A stretch of 63,589 nt of DNA, counting the filler, from Octopus bimaculoides (Eukaryota), in the NCBI RefSeq assembly GCF_001194135.2. It is 8 parts of 7 records of this genome, joined end to end, with 100 filler letters (N's around TTAATTAATTAA, not from the genome) between each part and the next. Parts side by side here need not be neighbours in the genome. Positions count along the whole stretch, not along the records: positions 18,619 to 45,564 come from NC_068995.1; positions 45,665 to 48,469 come from NC_068983.1; positions 48,570 to 58,652 come from NC_068998.1; 5 more parts are not named here. One strand, 5' to 3'. Positions 37,921 through 50,603 of this stretch are shown here, piece by piece. A program made the position numbers and the translations under genes. The notes below the pieces were generated by a model, which saw only the letters and a list, made by a program, of their open reading frames with translations, was not told the origin of the DNA and ran no database searches. How positions within the stretch are numbered: position 1 is the stretch's first letter; the number at the start of each line of letters is the position of its first letter.

Positions 37921-38289
37921 CTTTTACTTGTTTCAGCAAAACAGGCAGCGGCCATTCTGGGGCACTGCCTTGAAGAATTTTAGTCGATCGAATCAATCCC
38001 TTTATTCTTTTCTAAGCCTGGTACTTATTTTTATCGGCCTCTTATTCCGAGCCGCTAAGTAACGGGGGCGTAAACACACTAACACCGGTTGTCAAGCGGT
38101 GGTCACACACACACACACACACACATAAAACGAGCTTCTTTCGGTTTTCGTTCACTAAATCCATTCACAAAGTTTTGGTTGGCCTGAGGTTATAGTAGAA
38201 GACACTTGCTCAAGGTGCTGTGAAGTGGAACTGAACCCGGAACCATGTGGTTGGGATGCAAACTTCTTACCACAACCCACGTCTGCGCA
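37921..38289 (-). mobile_element. Full-length SINE family B with internal (CA)n
   Basis: Reverse complement of the family-B consensus, from cttttacttgtttcag to cttaccacaacccacgtctgcgc. Confidence 0.85.
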
Positions 38290-38488
38290 TAGACTTATAT
38301 TTCCCTACAATATACACATTCTTGGATAAAATTTGTTGAAAAAAAAAAAAGCCGCAATAATTATGCACCAATCCAGTATATAGATATTGTTATATATGTG
38401 TGTCTGTACATACATATGTGTGTGTGTATATATGTGTTTGCGTGTATGTATGCGTGTGTGTGTGCATATATTTATAGTATGTTTGTAT

Positions 38489-38519
<31 letters not shown>

Positions 38520-38569
38520 CGTACATACATGCTTATACACGCACATATATATACATATGTATGTATAAG

Positions 38570-38602
<33 letters not shown>

Positions 38603-38693
38603 ATATTTACGTATATATGCTACTATTTGTTGACCTAACCAATAATTTACCTGTCTTTTCTTTTGCCATTGCTATTTAGCACCATCACCCAAA

Positions 38694-39005
38694 CCCCGCC
38701 ACTCCGACTCATCACCACCACCACCATCAACAACAACAAAAACAACAACAAATCTATTCCGTGTGCCAATTTCTACTGAAAACACCACGGCTCTATTATC
38801 AGATAGAAATTCTGATTGATCTACACACGAAGAAATGAGGTGTAGTGATTGATACAATGAAAGCAATCTTAATAGACTTGCACTTGTCCGCTGTTTCAGG
38901 ACAAACTTACTAAAACAGGAAGTCCCCCCCTTTCATTCGATGCAAAGCCAGTCTCTTGCAAACGTATTTGATTGGATGACTTGGATCTTGCAACGAACCA
39001 ATCAG
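38694..39005. promoter_or_regulatory. Promoter-like motif cluster
   Basis: GC box ccccgcc 38694-38700, ETS ACAGGAAGT 38915-38923, CCAAT boxes 38970-38975 and 38998-39005. Confidence 0.3.
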
Positions 39006-39267
39006 AAATTTTTGAAAATATCGATACGTTTGTTTTCGTCGATCAAAAGGCCATAGCTGAGGGAATAGCTTTGTTTAAGCATTGACTTTATTGCATATTG
39101 TTTTGAATTGCAAATAAACTACCTTCACTAACAAACTGACAATAAAAGTTCTGTGTGTGTGTGTGTGTGGAAAAGAGGCACACATACACATACACTTTCA
39201 CTCATATTTGCGTGTCTGTTACCATATACACGCACATATATATTTACGAACGCACACATACACACAC

Positions 39268-39315
<48 letters not shown>

Positions 39316-40255
39316 CACATACGCACAAGCATATAATTCGAACTCACATACAGAGTAACGCGCATGTGCGTGTATTTGTATGCGTGTGTATAAAACTGTT
39401 GCGTTTGAAGCAAAACGATGTTTGAGCAGCAACAAGATGCATAGAGGGACAAGTAGTGTTTACATTCTGACTATTACAAAGAATTGGTTAAATGCTAAAT
39501 ATATACTCTACAGTACAGAACACACACAAGCGGAACCTCGGAAGTGGTAAATATCTATATATATNNNNNNNNNNNNNNNNNNNNNNNNNNNNNNNNNNNN
39601 NNNNNNNNNNNNNNNNNNNNNNNNNNNNNNNNNNNNNNNNNNNNNNNNNNNNNNNNNNNNNNNNNNNNNNNNNNNNNNNNNNNNNNNNNNNNNNNNNNNN
39701 NNNNNNNNNNNNNNNNNNNNNNNNNNNNNNNNNNNNNNNNNNNNNNNNNNNNNNNNNNNNNNNNNNNNNNNNNNNNNNNNNNNNNNNNNNNNNNNNNNNN
39801 NNNNNNNNNNNNNNNNNNNNNNNNNNNNNNNNNNNNNNNNNNNNNNNNNNNNNNNNNNNNNNNNNNNNNNNNNNNNNNNNNNNNNNNNNNNNNNNNNNNN
39901 NNNNNNNNNNNNNNNNNNNNNNNNNNNNNNNNNNNNNNNNNNNNNNNNNNNNNNNNNNNNNNNNNNNNNNNNNNNNNNNNNNNNNNNNNNNNNNNNNNNN
40001 NNNNNNNNNNNNNNNNNNNNNNNNNNNNNNNNNNNNNNNNNNNNNNNNNNNNNNNNNNNNNNNNNNNNNNNNNNNNNNATGGAGTAGATAAAACGGGACA
40101 ACTAAATGAAAGGAATATTCTTTGTTGTCTGTCTCGTTTCTCTAATTGTTTCTTTCATTGTTCGAAAAAAAGTTCGTTTTCCATGTTTTTGTTTTTTATG
40201 TTCTTTGACGTCCTGTAGTCATATATGCATGTATATATACATGTGTGTGTATATG

Positions 40256-40299
<44 letters not shown>

Positions 40300-40659
40300 G
40301 GGTGAGTTGTCTCGCTCGTCCATGATTTTCGGGTATTTTAACACCCAGCGCTTAGAGGGAGTAATTTCTACCACGCCAAATCGCATCCTGCCGGAAAACG
40401 CACAAAGCATATATGTTAAGTACGTGTGGTCGATAATGATTATTACACTAGCGCTACTATGAAGCAAAAACAGATAATATCAAAAGAAAAGAGATCGAAT
40501 GAGAATTGCTTCGCTAATATATGCTGTATGATACACGCATGCACAGTTAAAGATGGGCGTGAATAAAATTTGATATTTCTATCTCGAGGTATGCAGTTTT
40601 AGTGTTTTGTCTGGATTAGCGATTAACTACAATACAGTTTATATATCTGACAACCACAG

Positions 40660-41400
40660 GGAAAAGCCAATAAATAACTTTTTGTGACTAGCGACGCTGA
40701 TTGGTTAGAAAAACTGATGAGGTAGGCTCGTGTAGACGCCAATTGGTCTGAGTAGAGGAATGAAATGGTGTACCAGTTTATTGATCCAAATGACGTTGAC
40801 TTGCCGTGTGTGAATGAAATGGGTGCACTAACTGATTGGTTAAGAAAAATGCTGACGTATATTAGTGCTGACGCCAGGTGGTCTGAGCTGACAGAATTCA
40901 ACTGTAAATTCTTTGATTTAATTTCGCGTCACTGTCGTACAAGTGATGCGAACTTAGAATTAATCCTGCTGTTAATTCGTAGTTATTTCATACATTTGTA
41001 ACAGGATGAGAGATTCTCGCACTGGATGGGTGCTGCTCGCATCCTTCACATTAAATATTAATTGAAGAAAGAGTCAAGATTTTCCGTTAACTTCAACAGT
41101 ATAAATATTTATTCTTTGATTCGCAATATAAAACATTTCTTTCCTCTGGGCGAATCGGCAGTAGTCTAGTGGAGTGAGTCAATCCTGCCCGTTCATGCAT
41201 AGTGGGGATGCGCCACGACGTAGCAGCTCGAAAGAGCTCCTGGAGACACGTCTGTATCGTTCAGCTGCTAGCGTAAAAAAAGGGAGATACAAGAGAATTT
41301 CGCTGCTGCTAGTTTTCTGCGCATGCGCACGAGGGAACTTCCTGTAGGCCTTCTGGAAGATTCCAACCATGCGTGCTGGAGATTTCCAAGATGGCGTCAC
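40660..41400 (+). promoter_or_regulatory. Housekeeping-type promoter, possibly bidirectional
   Basis: CTGATTGGTT at 40698 and 40832 within a ~135-bp duplication, NRF1 TGCGCATGCGCA 41318-41329, ETS ACTTCCTGT 41337-41345, YY1 CAAGATGGCG 41387-41396 containing an ATG at 41391, high CpG density. Confidence 0.6.
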
Positions 41401-44400
41401 TACACATTAATACATGTGTGTTGTATATGTGCGTTGATTTTTAATTAAAGTTTTCATCGTTAATCTACCGAGTATATGTGTGGAATAGAATGTAGGTTAG
41501 TAGTGTTATTAACAAACGTTTTACTGCCGAGTATTTGTGAATAGAAATTTTAAAGCTTGCGCTACATATGTTGTATATTTCTGAGGACACTCACTATTCT
41601 CGTGCATATATAAGCATTTGTTGACGTTTTTCGTAAATATAGAGATTATTTCCTTATTCCTGTGTTAATATTAAAAGGGGAATGGCTGTGTCGTCTGAAT
41701 TCATTCGAGAATTATTTTCGAAATCATTTTATAAGTTTACTCGTCAATTTTTGTATCCTTACCACAGAAAATGTCGTCTGTATATTGGATATAAAGATGA
41801 TATGACTATGTTCAAGAATAATTTTGTTTACAACGTTGGCCATTTAGAACACCAGAAATGTGGGTTTAAATAGAAGACCCATAGACACTCCATTCTATTG
41901 GGTGCAAAGGTTTCCCTGGAGACAACAAAAGGAAATCTCAATTTTGAGGCCACCAGGAGCTTTCTAAAGATGCTCTTTGGTGTAATTTATTGTTGGATGT
42001 TTATACACCTTGTCCGATATTTATGAATATAGTTTCTCTCACGGGAACGCTAGTGAAGAGGCTCTGTAATCCATAGTGAATTACGTCCAGTTGTTCAGCG
42101 ATGTGAGTTGGTGTGTCGATTTAGGAGGCTGTAGAATCAAAGAGGGTTAATTTGTTTGCGATGCTTTAGAAATGGGGTGGGGAGATGTGAAACAAGTGTG
42201 AAGAGGGTATGATAAAGAAAAAGAAAGGCATAAGGCATACGTTGTAAGTTTATCTTACGTTTCTAACGAGAATCTCTGTTCACGTTTAATTTTCTCTTCC
42301 CGTAGGATGTATTAGACTAATTATAATAAATACAGAAATGTTCAGGCGACATATCGATAAACTTTTCGTTCAGCGTGCTGACGATCTCGCCGCCTTTATA
42401 ATATCAGGAAGTCGTTGTTGGTTCAGTTAACTTCAGTTCTCTTCTAGACACATTGTATTCGGCAGAAACTAGGGAGTATTGGTTAATTTTCTTTGTCTTT
42501 TCGTTTGTTCTCTCTGCTTCAATTTGTTTTCTTTTTATTGTGATTATTGTGTGTGTGTGCGCGCATACACGTGCGTGGATATATATATAAAAGTTATGTA
42601 TGTATAAACACACACACGCACATATTAGATGTAATAATATGCAATTACATGCATATGCATATGTGTGTGACGTCTGCCTATCTATCTATCTATTTATTGG
42701 GGGAAGGCTACGCGCCCGTAGAGTTTTGCTTCGCGAGCGAGAGTTTGTGAAAGGCGTTATCCCCTTCGAGTGCAGTCTTCTGGTGGTAGACAAGGCCAGT
42801 CATTACTAAACTAGCAAGCTCGGCTGCATCGACTGCAAAGAGAAATTTTGTTCTGGTTTTGATATTGATGTCTCATACTTTTCTTCAATCTCTTTCTGTC
42901 CTTAAGCTGAGCTACGTATACATTCTCGAAAGAGAGACAAACTCGTGAATAGTGTATCGCTACGTCATGGAGTTTATATGCGGGCGATGGCTGTGGTTTG
43001 ACGGCTTTCATGGGATTTCTTCAGAGAGCCCTTGTGTCTTTTCTTTGTTTGCTCTCTGTCATGGCGGTTAGTGGATGGCTCGCCACACAGCATAGTATTA
43101 TTGTCCAGGCGTTTATCCTCTATCATAGAAACGTACCCTGTGATTTTAACGATATGGCCTTAATGCTGGTAACTTTCACTTCTTTTATTAGTATTCATGA
43201 GAGGAGTAATTCCTAAAAATCTCAGCTCTATAACTGTTACCAGTAAGATTTTATGACTATTTGAAGGTTTTAGACAATTTTCAAAATATTGAATTTCTTT
43301 CATTTTTAGGGGCTCATCATTCCAAATAGGTTCGACACCATACCTTGGAAAGCATGTTTCTTTAACCCCCATCATGTCTAGTCCCTCGGACACCAAAGAT
43401 CAGTTCTTTTAACTCAGCTAATGTAGAAAAAATACCAGCCAAAAATTACAAAAATCCCTGTTTTATGGGCTATTTAAAATTTTTTTAAAGTTTAGGCAGC
43501 TATTACTTAATAACAACAGTTGGTGAACATCCCATCTTCTCTAATTTTACAGTAAGGTCTGAAATCTTAACAGAACACATGAATTCATTTATTCAAAAGC
43601 CTTACAAGTGAATCAGAATGAGAGATAACAGTTGACAGCAAATCAATTCTATAATCTTGAGAGAAGAACAGTTGTAGTATTTATGCGTTTCTCATCGGCA
43701 TTAGTAACACAGTTGAAATGAAATAGTTACATCTAGACGTGGTTTACCGGCACCTTAACTTCTTCTCTACAGCAACTGCTGACCTAATAGAATAATTAAT
43801 TTAAATACCCAATAACGACTAGAGCATAGACTGAGCTATTAAAATAGACAGAATATCTAATCAACAGATAATCAGCAGATAATTACATTATCTTCGTTGA
43901 AGTTAATTATTAGATTGAATGGAAGACTGTTGGTGTGGTCTGGTTCAAACTTTTGCAGGAATATTTATATTAATTAGTAGCCTGGTGTCTTATCTGACTA
44001 AAGATATTGGTCCATTTTATAGATTTAAATACTAAGTTGCTGAGCAAGAAGTATATAATGTCCCACTAATTTATAGTACAACGTGAGACGAAGCAAGTAA
44101 TTACAAGTATGTCCTTCAGTTTCAGTCTTTAATTCATTTTGACATTGTTTAGCCCCAGGTCTGTCCTGACCAAGCACACGCACACAACCAAACGTATTTC
44201 ACTTATGACCAACCAGTTTATAATTTTTTTTCTCTTTTTACTTTCACAGTTTATCTAAGATCACAGTATCCACTGTGTACATATTTTACATATTTTAGAG
44301 TGTTGTTTGAGGTAGATCTGTCTGCCATTGTTATCAGATTAAATGAACACATAGAAACACTCTATATTTTGGTTAGGCTTCGTAATCTATGAAGGAGGAG

Positions 44401-44590
44401 GGCTATTAACCGCTCAAGAAGTAGACAACATTCTGTTTTCACTGCTATACTGTATCAGGATCAATGGAACTATATTTAGTTATAGATGGATTTTAAATAA
44501 TGAATATTGGGTTTGGTGATTTTTCTGGTGAAGAGATTAAGAAAGAAGGGAAGGAGATTTTGTTTTGACTGGGAGTAAATATATATACCC

Positions 44591-44758
44591 AGCCACAGTA
44601 ATGAAAGTATAATCAGCTATAGTAATGAGCACATATTGCGCCATAGTAATGAGTGCATATTGAGACACAGCAATGAGCACATATCGAGTCACAGTAATGA
44701 ATGCATTTTGAGCAATGGTTGTGAAGACATATTGAGTCATAGCAATGAATGCAAACTG
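44591..44758 (+). repeat. Seven 24-bp tandem units; open frame gives (S/R)HSNE(C/H)IL repeats
   Basis: AGC CAC AGT AAT GAA AGT ATA ATC / AGC TAT AGT AAT GAG CAC ATA TTG / CGC CAT AGT AAT GAG TGC ATA TTG / ... Confidence 0.9.
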
Positions 44759-44839
44759 ACTAATAAAAAGGAAATATGCAATAGTAATAGAGTACAGGCA
44801 TGGCTGCACAATGTTTATGGTGTGAATTTAACAAAGAAC

Positions 44840-44871
<32 letters not shown>

Positions 44872-44914
44872 GGTTCCATTGATCCCAATATGTTGTGGTA
44901 CAGTTTAAAGGCCA

Positions 44915-45043
44915 TTCAGTTTCCGTCTACCAAATCCACTCACAAGGCTTTGGTCGGCCCGAGGCTATAGGAGAAGACACTTGCCCAAGATGCCACGCAG
45001 TGGGACTGAATCAGGACCCATGTGGTTGGTAAGCAAGCTACTT
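44915..45043 (-). mobile_element. SINE family B fragment abutting the Myb/SANT ORF
   Basis: ttcagtttccgtctaccaaatccactcacaaggctttggtcggcccgagg..acttgcccaag..ccatgtggttggtaagcaagctactt. Confidence 0.9.
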
Positions 45044-45493
45044 CTTCTGTTGCGAGCATGGATGATTGCTAGTGGCGATCCCCCAAACAACATCATCACT
45101 GCTGCACTGAAGAATAATGGCTTTCACAGAACCACTGATCAGATAGAGCGGAAGAAGAATGAATTCCTCCGCTCGTATGCACTCATCAGACCACACATTG
45201 ACACCCTAGATGTCATAATCGGAAACCATGGTGGAAAGGCTGATAAGGATGGAGAGGAGGAAAAGGAAAAAACACCCGGAAGTCTCTCTGACCCTGAGGA
45301 AAGACGACAGATGTACCCAAGGAGAAAATTCAAGGACGTGTGCTCTTCAGAAATCATACGCAACGCAGCAGCTGAGCAAGAGTCTTTTTTGTGCATGGCG
45401 CAAAAGTTTGTGCAGCAGCTGACGTGGCTACACCAAGCACAGACGAGGAACCTTGCCCCCCACAGTCAACAGACATGGGATGGCCTCTCCTAA
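45044..45493 (+). pseudogene. Myb/SANT-like (trihelix) DNA-binding protein fragment, Harbinger ORF1- or MSANTD-like, N-terminus truncated
   Basis: LLRAW..IITAALKNNGFHRTTDQIERKKNEFLRSY..PHIDTLDVIIG (cf. IA..L...GY.RT..QC..K.K.L...Y..P.FDELD.ILG), then an acidic linker and a helical C-terminus. AATAAA at 45555. Confidence 0.6.
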
Positions 45494-45978
45494 CGCCTGC
45501 ACAGGCATCACGCCAATATTTTTACTAAATATTGGGGGCCTGTTGCATTATAACAATAAAAGCANNNNNNNNNNNNNNNNNNNNNNNNNNNNNNNNNNNN
45601 NNNNNNNNTTAATTAATTAANNNNNNNNNNNNNNNNNNNNNNNNNNNNNNNNNNNNNNNNNNNNATGTATCACTTTCTCTCTCTCTCCCTCTCCCTCTTT
45701 AACTCTTACTCTCTATATTTTTATGTTGAGCGCGTGTGTAAGAATGGCGTTCCAGGTAGAAGGGATGAAATATAAAAGTTGCTAGAAACAACAGCCAAAT
45801 CTCCCTTAAATCACACAAAGTAAACGGAATTTTAAAAATCTAATTACTGCACTGGAAAGTTCACATCGAGAAAATTCCATTGATGTAAAAAATTTTACGA
45901 AAAAGTGGAAAATGTGGATTTCTATAAACATTCAAAAAGGCTTCACACAAACACACAACTTCAGATTTATATATTAAG

Positions 45979-46009
<31 letters not shown>

Positions 46010-47943
46010 CACAGAGAGAGAGAGAAAGAGAGAGGAGAGAAATAGATAGATAGATGTGTGTGTACATACATGTATATATATACATGTATATGTCTTTATA
46101 GGTATATGTATATGTACCTATGTAGATGAGTGTGTGTATGTGCGTGTAATAAAGAAAATTTCAGTAACTGAATAGTCCAAGGCCCAAAATGCAGTATCAC
46201 ACTAACCTTGTGCGTTCAACTTTTGAAGTAGATTTGCTCACACTGAAAAAGACATGTCACGCAGAGGGAGTGAACCCAGAACCACTTTGCTCGGAATAAA
46301 ACTTCTTACCGCGCAGCCACGCATGCACTTGTATGTATTTATGTATGTATGTATGTATGTATGTATGCGTGTATCTGTATATATATATGCGTGTATACAT
46401 ATATGCATAGAACAATTTAGGTCTTAATAGACACTAGATGTGATCTATTTCTAGCGCATTAATTGTCCATGTTAGTAGTCGACGTTATTTTTTAAAATGT
46501 ACCTTAATCCCCTGAGATTGCAGATAATATTTCTGAATCTCTTTGATTCTTTAGATGTGCTGGCCTCCTGATAATTAATCGATATTAATTAATATATGAT
46601 AAATTACCAGATTTATAATATTTTACCCATTACCCATGTTCTCATACTGAATATATACGACGCAGTAAATATTTTCTGCAGATATATTCCTGGAATTAGC
46701 GCGCCAAAACGAAGACCTTTGAATTTTACCATTAAGCTGTAATTAGCAGAACCATATGCACGCGCACCCATGGCGGTGGGCNNNNNNNNNNNNNNNNNNN
46801 NNNNNNNNNNNNNNNNNNNNNNNNNNNNNNNNNNNNNNNNNNNNNNNNNNNNNNNNNNNNNNNNNNNNNNNNNNNNNNNNNNNNNNNNNNNNNNNNNNNN
46901 NNNNNNNNNNNNNNNNNNNNNNNNNNNNNNNNNNNNNNNNNNNNNNNNNNNNNNNNNNNNNNNNNNNNNNNNNNNNNNNNNNNNNNNNNNNNNNNNNNNN
47001 NNNNNNNNNNNNNNNNNNNNNNNNNNNNNNNNNNNNNNNNNNNNNNNNNNNNNNNNNNNNNNNNNNNNNNNNNNNNNNNNNNNNNNNNNNNNNNNNNNNN
47101 NNNNNNNNNNNNNNNNNNNNNNNNNNNNNNNNNNNNNNNNNNNNNNNNNNNNNNNNNNNNNNNNNNNNNNNNNNNNNNNNNNNNNNNNNNNNNNNNNNNN
47201 NNNNNNNNNNNNNNNNNNNNNNNNNNNNNNNNNNNNNNNNNNNNNNNNNNNNNNNNNNNNNNNNNNNNNNNNNNNNNNNNNNNNNNNNNNNNNNNNNNNN
47301 NNNNNNNNNNNNNNNNNNNNNNNNNNNNNNNNNNNNNNNNNNNNNNNNNNNNNNNNNNNNNNNNNNNNNNNNNNNNNNNNNNNNNNNNNNNNNNNNNNNN
47401 NNNNNNNNNNNNNNNNNNNNNNNNNNNNNNNNNNNNNNNNNNNNNNNNNNNNNNNNNNNNNNNNNNNNNNNNNNNNNNNNNNNNNNNNNNNNNNNNNNNN
47501 NNNNNNNNNNNNNNNNNNNNNNNNNNNNNNNNNNNNNNNNNNNNNNNNNNNNNNNNNNNNNNNNNNNNNNNNNNNNNNNNNNNNNNNNNNNNNNNNNNNN
47601 NNNNNNNNNNNNNNNNNNNNNNNNNNNNNNNNNNNNNNNNNNNNNNNNNNNNNNNNNNNNNNNNNNNNNNNNNNNNNNNNNNNNNNNNNNNNNNNNNNNN
47701 NNNNNNNNNNNNNNNNNNNNNNNNNTTTATACACTGTATGATGTTAATAAGAAGGGATGTATTAGAAGGAGCTAATATACGCTCTAATTTGAAAAATGAC
47801 GTTGGGTATGTCTTGTATGATGAGCGCTCAATAAACCTTGAAATGATCCGTTAGGATACTCTTTGCCTTTCCTTTTCCATACAGAAATAGTTTAGAAAGA
47901 GTGTGTTTACATTTTTATTTGGTCAACAGTGAGGGCTTATAAT

Positions 47944-47974
<31 letters not shown>

Positions 47975-49179
47975 CCCACATATATCAATGTGTGTGCGTG
48001 CGCGCACGTGTGTGTTGACATATGTACATAGATATATATATATACTCACATACTCACATATAGACATCTCTGTATAAAGATGCATACAAGAGCATGTATA
48101 TGTGAGTATATATGAGTATTTAAACGTGCGTGAGAGAACTAAGGTATGCAAAACTACGTGATGTGCGTATATATAACTGTAAAAGATAGACAAGAAATTA
48201 TCAATGCAAAATTCATAAAACGTGAATAGAAAGTCTGTTTGCTTCTTATTGCGCCGTAGTTCCTGTGCTTGCTTCATTTAGTTCAGTATTGTTGACTTTT
48301 TACACAGAAAACATCTCATTAATCAAGTTTCAATTCAAATAGTATTTAGTTTTTATCATTTCGTTTGTCCAAGGAATTCTATAAGAAAATATATGAAACA
48401 ATTGTTTTTCTTTCACTTCCACTTCTAATTAACATCGTTGAGGCATTCATATCGACGTTAATGCTAAGGNNNNNNNNNNNNNNNNNNNNNNNNNNNNNNN
48501 NNNNNNNNNNNNNTTAATTAATTAANNNNNNNNNNNNNNNNNNNNNNNNNNNNNNNNNNNNNNNNNNNNTGCTTCCACCACTTTCTTAACTAACTCATCA
48601 ACAACCTCTAACTATCACCCTCGTACTAACAATACCTCACTCTCACCCACCCCTTATCTCTCTAATATACCCCCCCCCCACGCCTCTGTACCCCACAATT
48701 AAACAATGCACCATATAACATCATCAAATATTAAATTTTGACAGTGTGTGTGTGTGTCTGCTTAAGTGTGTGTTCGACTGAGTAAGAATCTGGGAATGTG
48801 TGTGTGTGTGTGTGTTTGTGTGTGTGTAAGAATATGTGCGCTTGTTTGTGTAAATACATGCGAATGTGTGTGTTTATGTATGCGTGTGTCAGTGACTGTT
48901 TAAGAATGTGCGAATGAGTTTGTGTGTGTGTGTGTGTATTTATGTATGTGTGCAAGTGGTGTGTCTGTGTAAGATCATGTGGACGTGTGTGTGTGTGTGT
49001 GTGTGTNNNNNNNNNNCACAAACCAAGACAGGAAAAATTGGACAGTGAAAACAACATTCAAATATACGTGCATGAATGTCATGTAGCTACGCATGTATGC
49101 ATGCATTGTGCTCATGTGTCCATGTGTTTGTACTTGTGCGAATATGCTGTAATGCTGGCAATTGAACCAGCACCAACAA

Positions 49180-49348
49180 AACATCACCACTATCATCATC
49201 ACCACTACCACCACCACCGCCAGCACCACCATATCCCCCATAACCACTAACACCACCAGCACCACCACTATCAAAACCACCACCACCACTACCACCACCA
49301 CCACCACCACCATCACCACCACCACCACCACTACCACCACCACCACCA
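49180..49348. repeat. (ACC)n / (CAC)n trinucleotide tract running into a gap
   Basis: Visible repeat. Confidence 0.95.
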
Positions 49349-50552
49349 NNNNNNNNNNNNNNNNNNNNNNNNNNNNNNNNNNNNNNNNNNNNNNNNNNNN
49401 NNNNNNNNNNNNNNNNNNNNNNNNNNNNNNNNNNNNNNNNNNNNNNNNNNNNNNNNNNNNNNNNNNNNNNNNNNNNNNNNNNNNNNNNNNNNNNNNNNNN
49501 NNNNNNNNNNNNNNNNNNNNNNNNNNNNNNNNNNNNNNNNNNNNNNNNNNNNNNNNNNNNNNNNNNNNNNNNNNNNNNNNNNNNNNNNNNNNNNNNNNNN
49601 NNNNNNNNNNNNNNNNNNNNNNNNNNNNNNNNNNNNNNNNNNNNNNNNNNNNNNNNNNNNNNNNNNNNNNNNNNNNNNNNNNNNNNNNNNNNNNNNNNNN
49701 NNNNNNNNNNNNNNNNNNNNNNNNNNNNNNNNNNNNNNNNNNNNNNNNNNNNNNNNNNNNNNNNNNNNNNNNNNNNNNNNNNNNNNNNNNNNNNNNNNNN
49801 NNNNNNNNNNNNNNNNNNNNNNNNNNNNNNNNNNNNNNNNNNNNNNNNNNNNNNNNNNNNNNNNNNNNNNNNNNNNNNNNNNNNNNNNNNNNNNNNNNNN
49901 NNNNNNNNNNNNNNNNNNNNNNNNNNNNNNNNNNNNNNNNNNNNNNNNNNNNNNNNNNNNNNNNNNNNNNNNNNNNNNNNNNNNNNNNNNNNNNNNNNNN
50001 NNNNNNNNNNNNNNNNNNNNNNNNNNNNNNNNNNNNNNNNNNNNNNNNNNNNNNNNNNNNNNNNNNNNNNNNNNNNNNNNNNNNNNNNNNNNNNNNNNNN
50101 NNNNNNNNNNNNNNNNNNNNNNNNNNNNNNNNNNNNNNNNNNNNNNNNNNNNNNNNNNNNNNNNNNNNNNNNNNNNNNNNNNNNNNNNNNNNNNNNNNNN
50201 NNNNNNNNTTATGTATGTGTGCAAGTGGTGTGTCTGTGTAAGATCATGTGGACGTGTGTGTGTGTGTGTGTGTGTGTGCGTGCGTGTAAGAATGTGTGTG
50301 CTTGCTTGTGTAAGTACATGTGAATGTGTGTGTGTTTATGTATGTGTATGCGCATGTCTATGTAAGAAAGTGTGAATGCATGTATGTGGTTCAGCATGTG
50401 TAAAGAATGTTTATGTGTGTGTGTATGTATGTTTGTGTGTCTGTGTGTGTGCGGCGCTATTAGTATATGTAAATATGTGTGAGTATGTATGTGTGAGTAT
50501 GTATGTGTGTGTATGTGTATGTGTCATATCGTATATTTGAATGTATGTGTGC

Positions 50553-50603
<51 letters not shown>

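Noticed and set aside
41682-41873. 63-aa ATG ORF downstream of the promoter
   Set aside because: No recognisable motif or splice support; could be a uORF or chance.
44591-44758. Direct repeats as a CRISPR array
   Set aside because: Head-to-tail units without unique spacers, no cas genes, eukaryotic context.
44981-45043. N-terminus (MPKMPRSGTESGPMW) of the 170-aa ORF
   Set aside because: It is antisense SINE B sequence with a TTG start, not part of the Myb/SANT protein.
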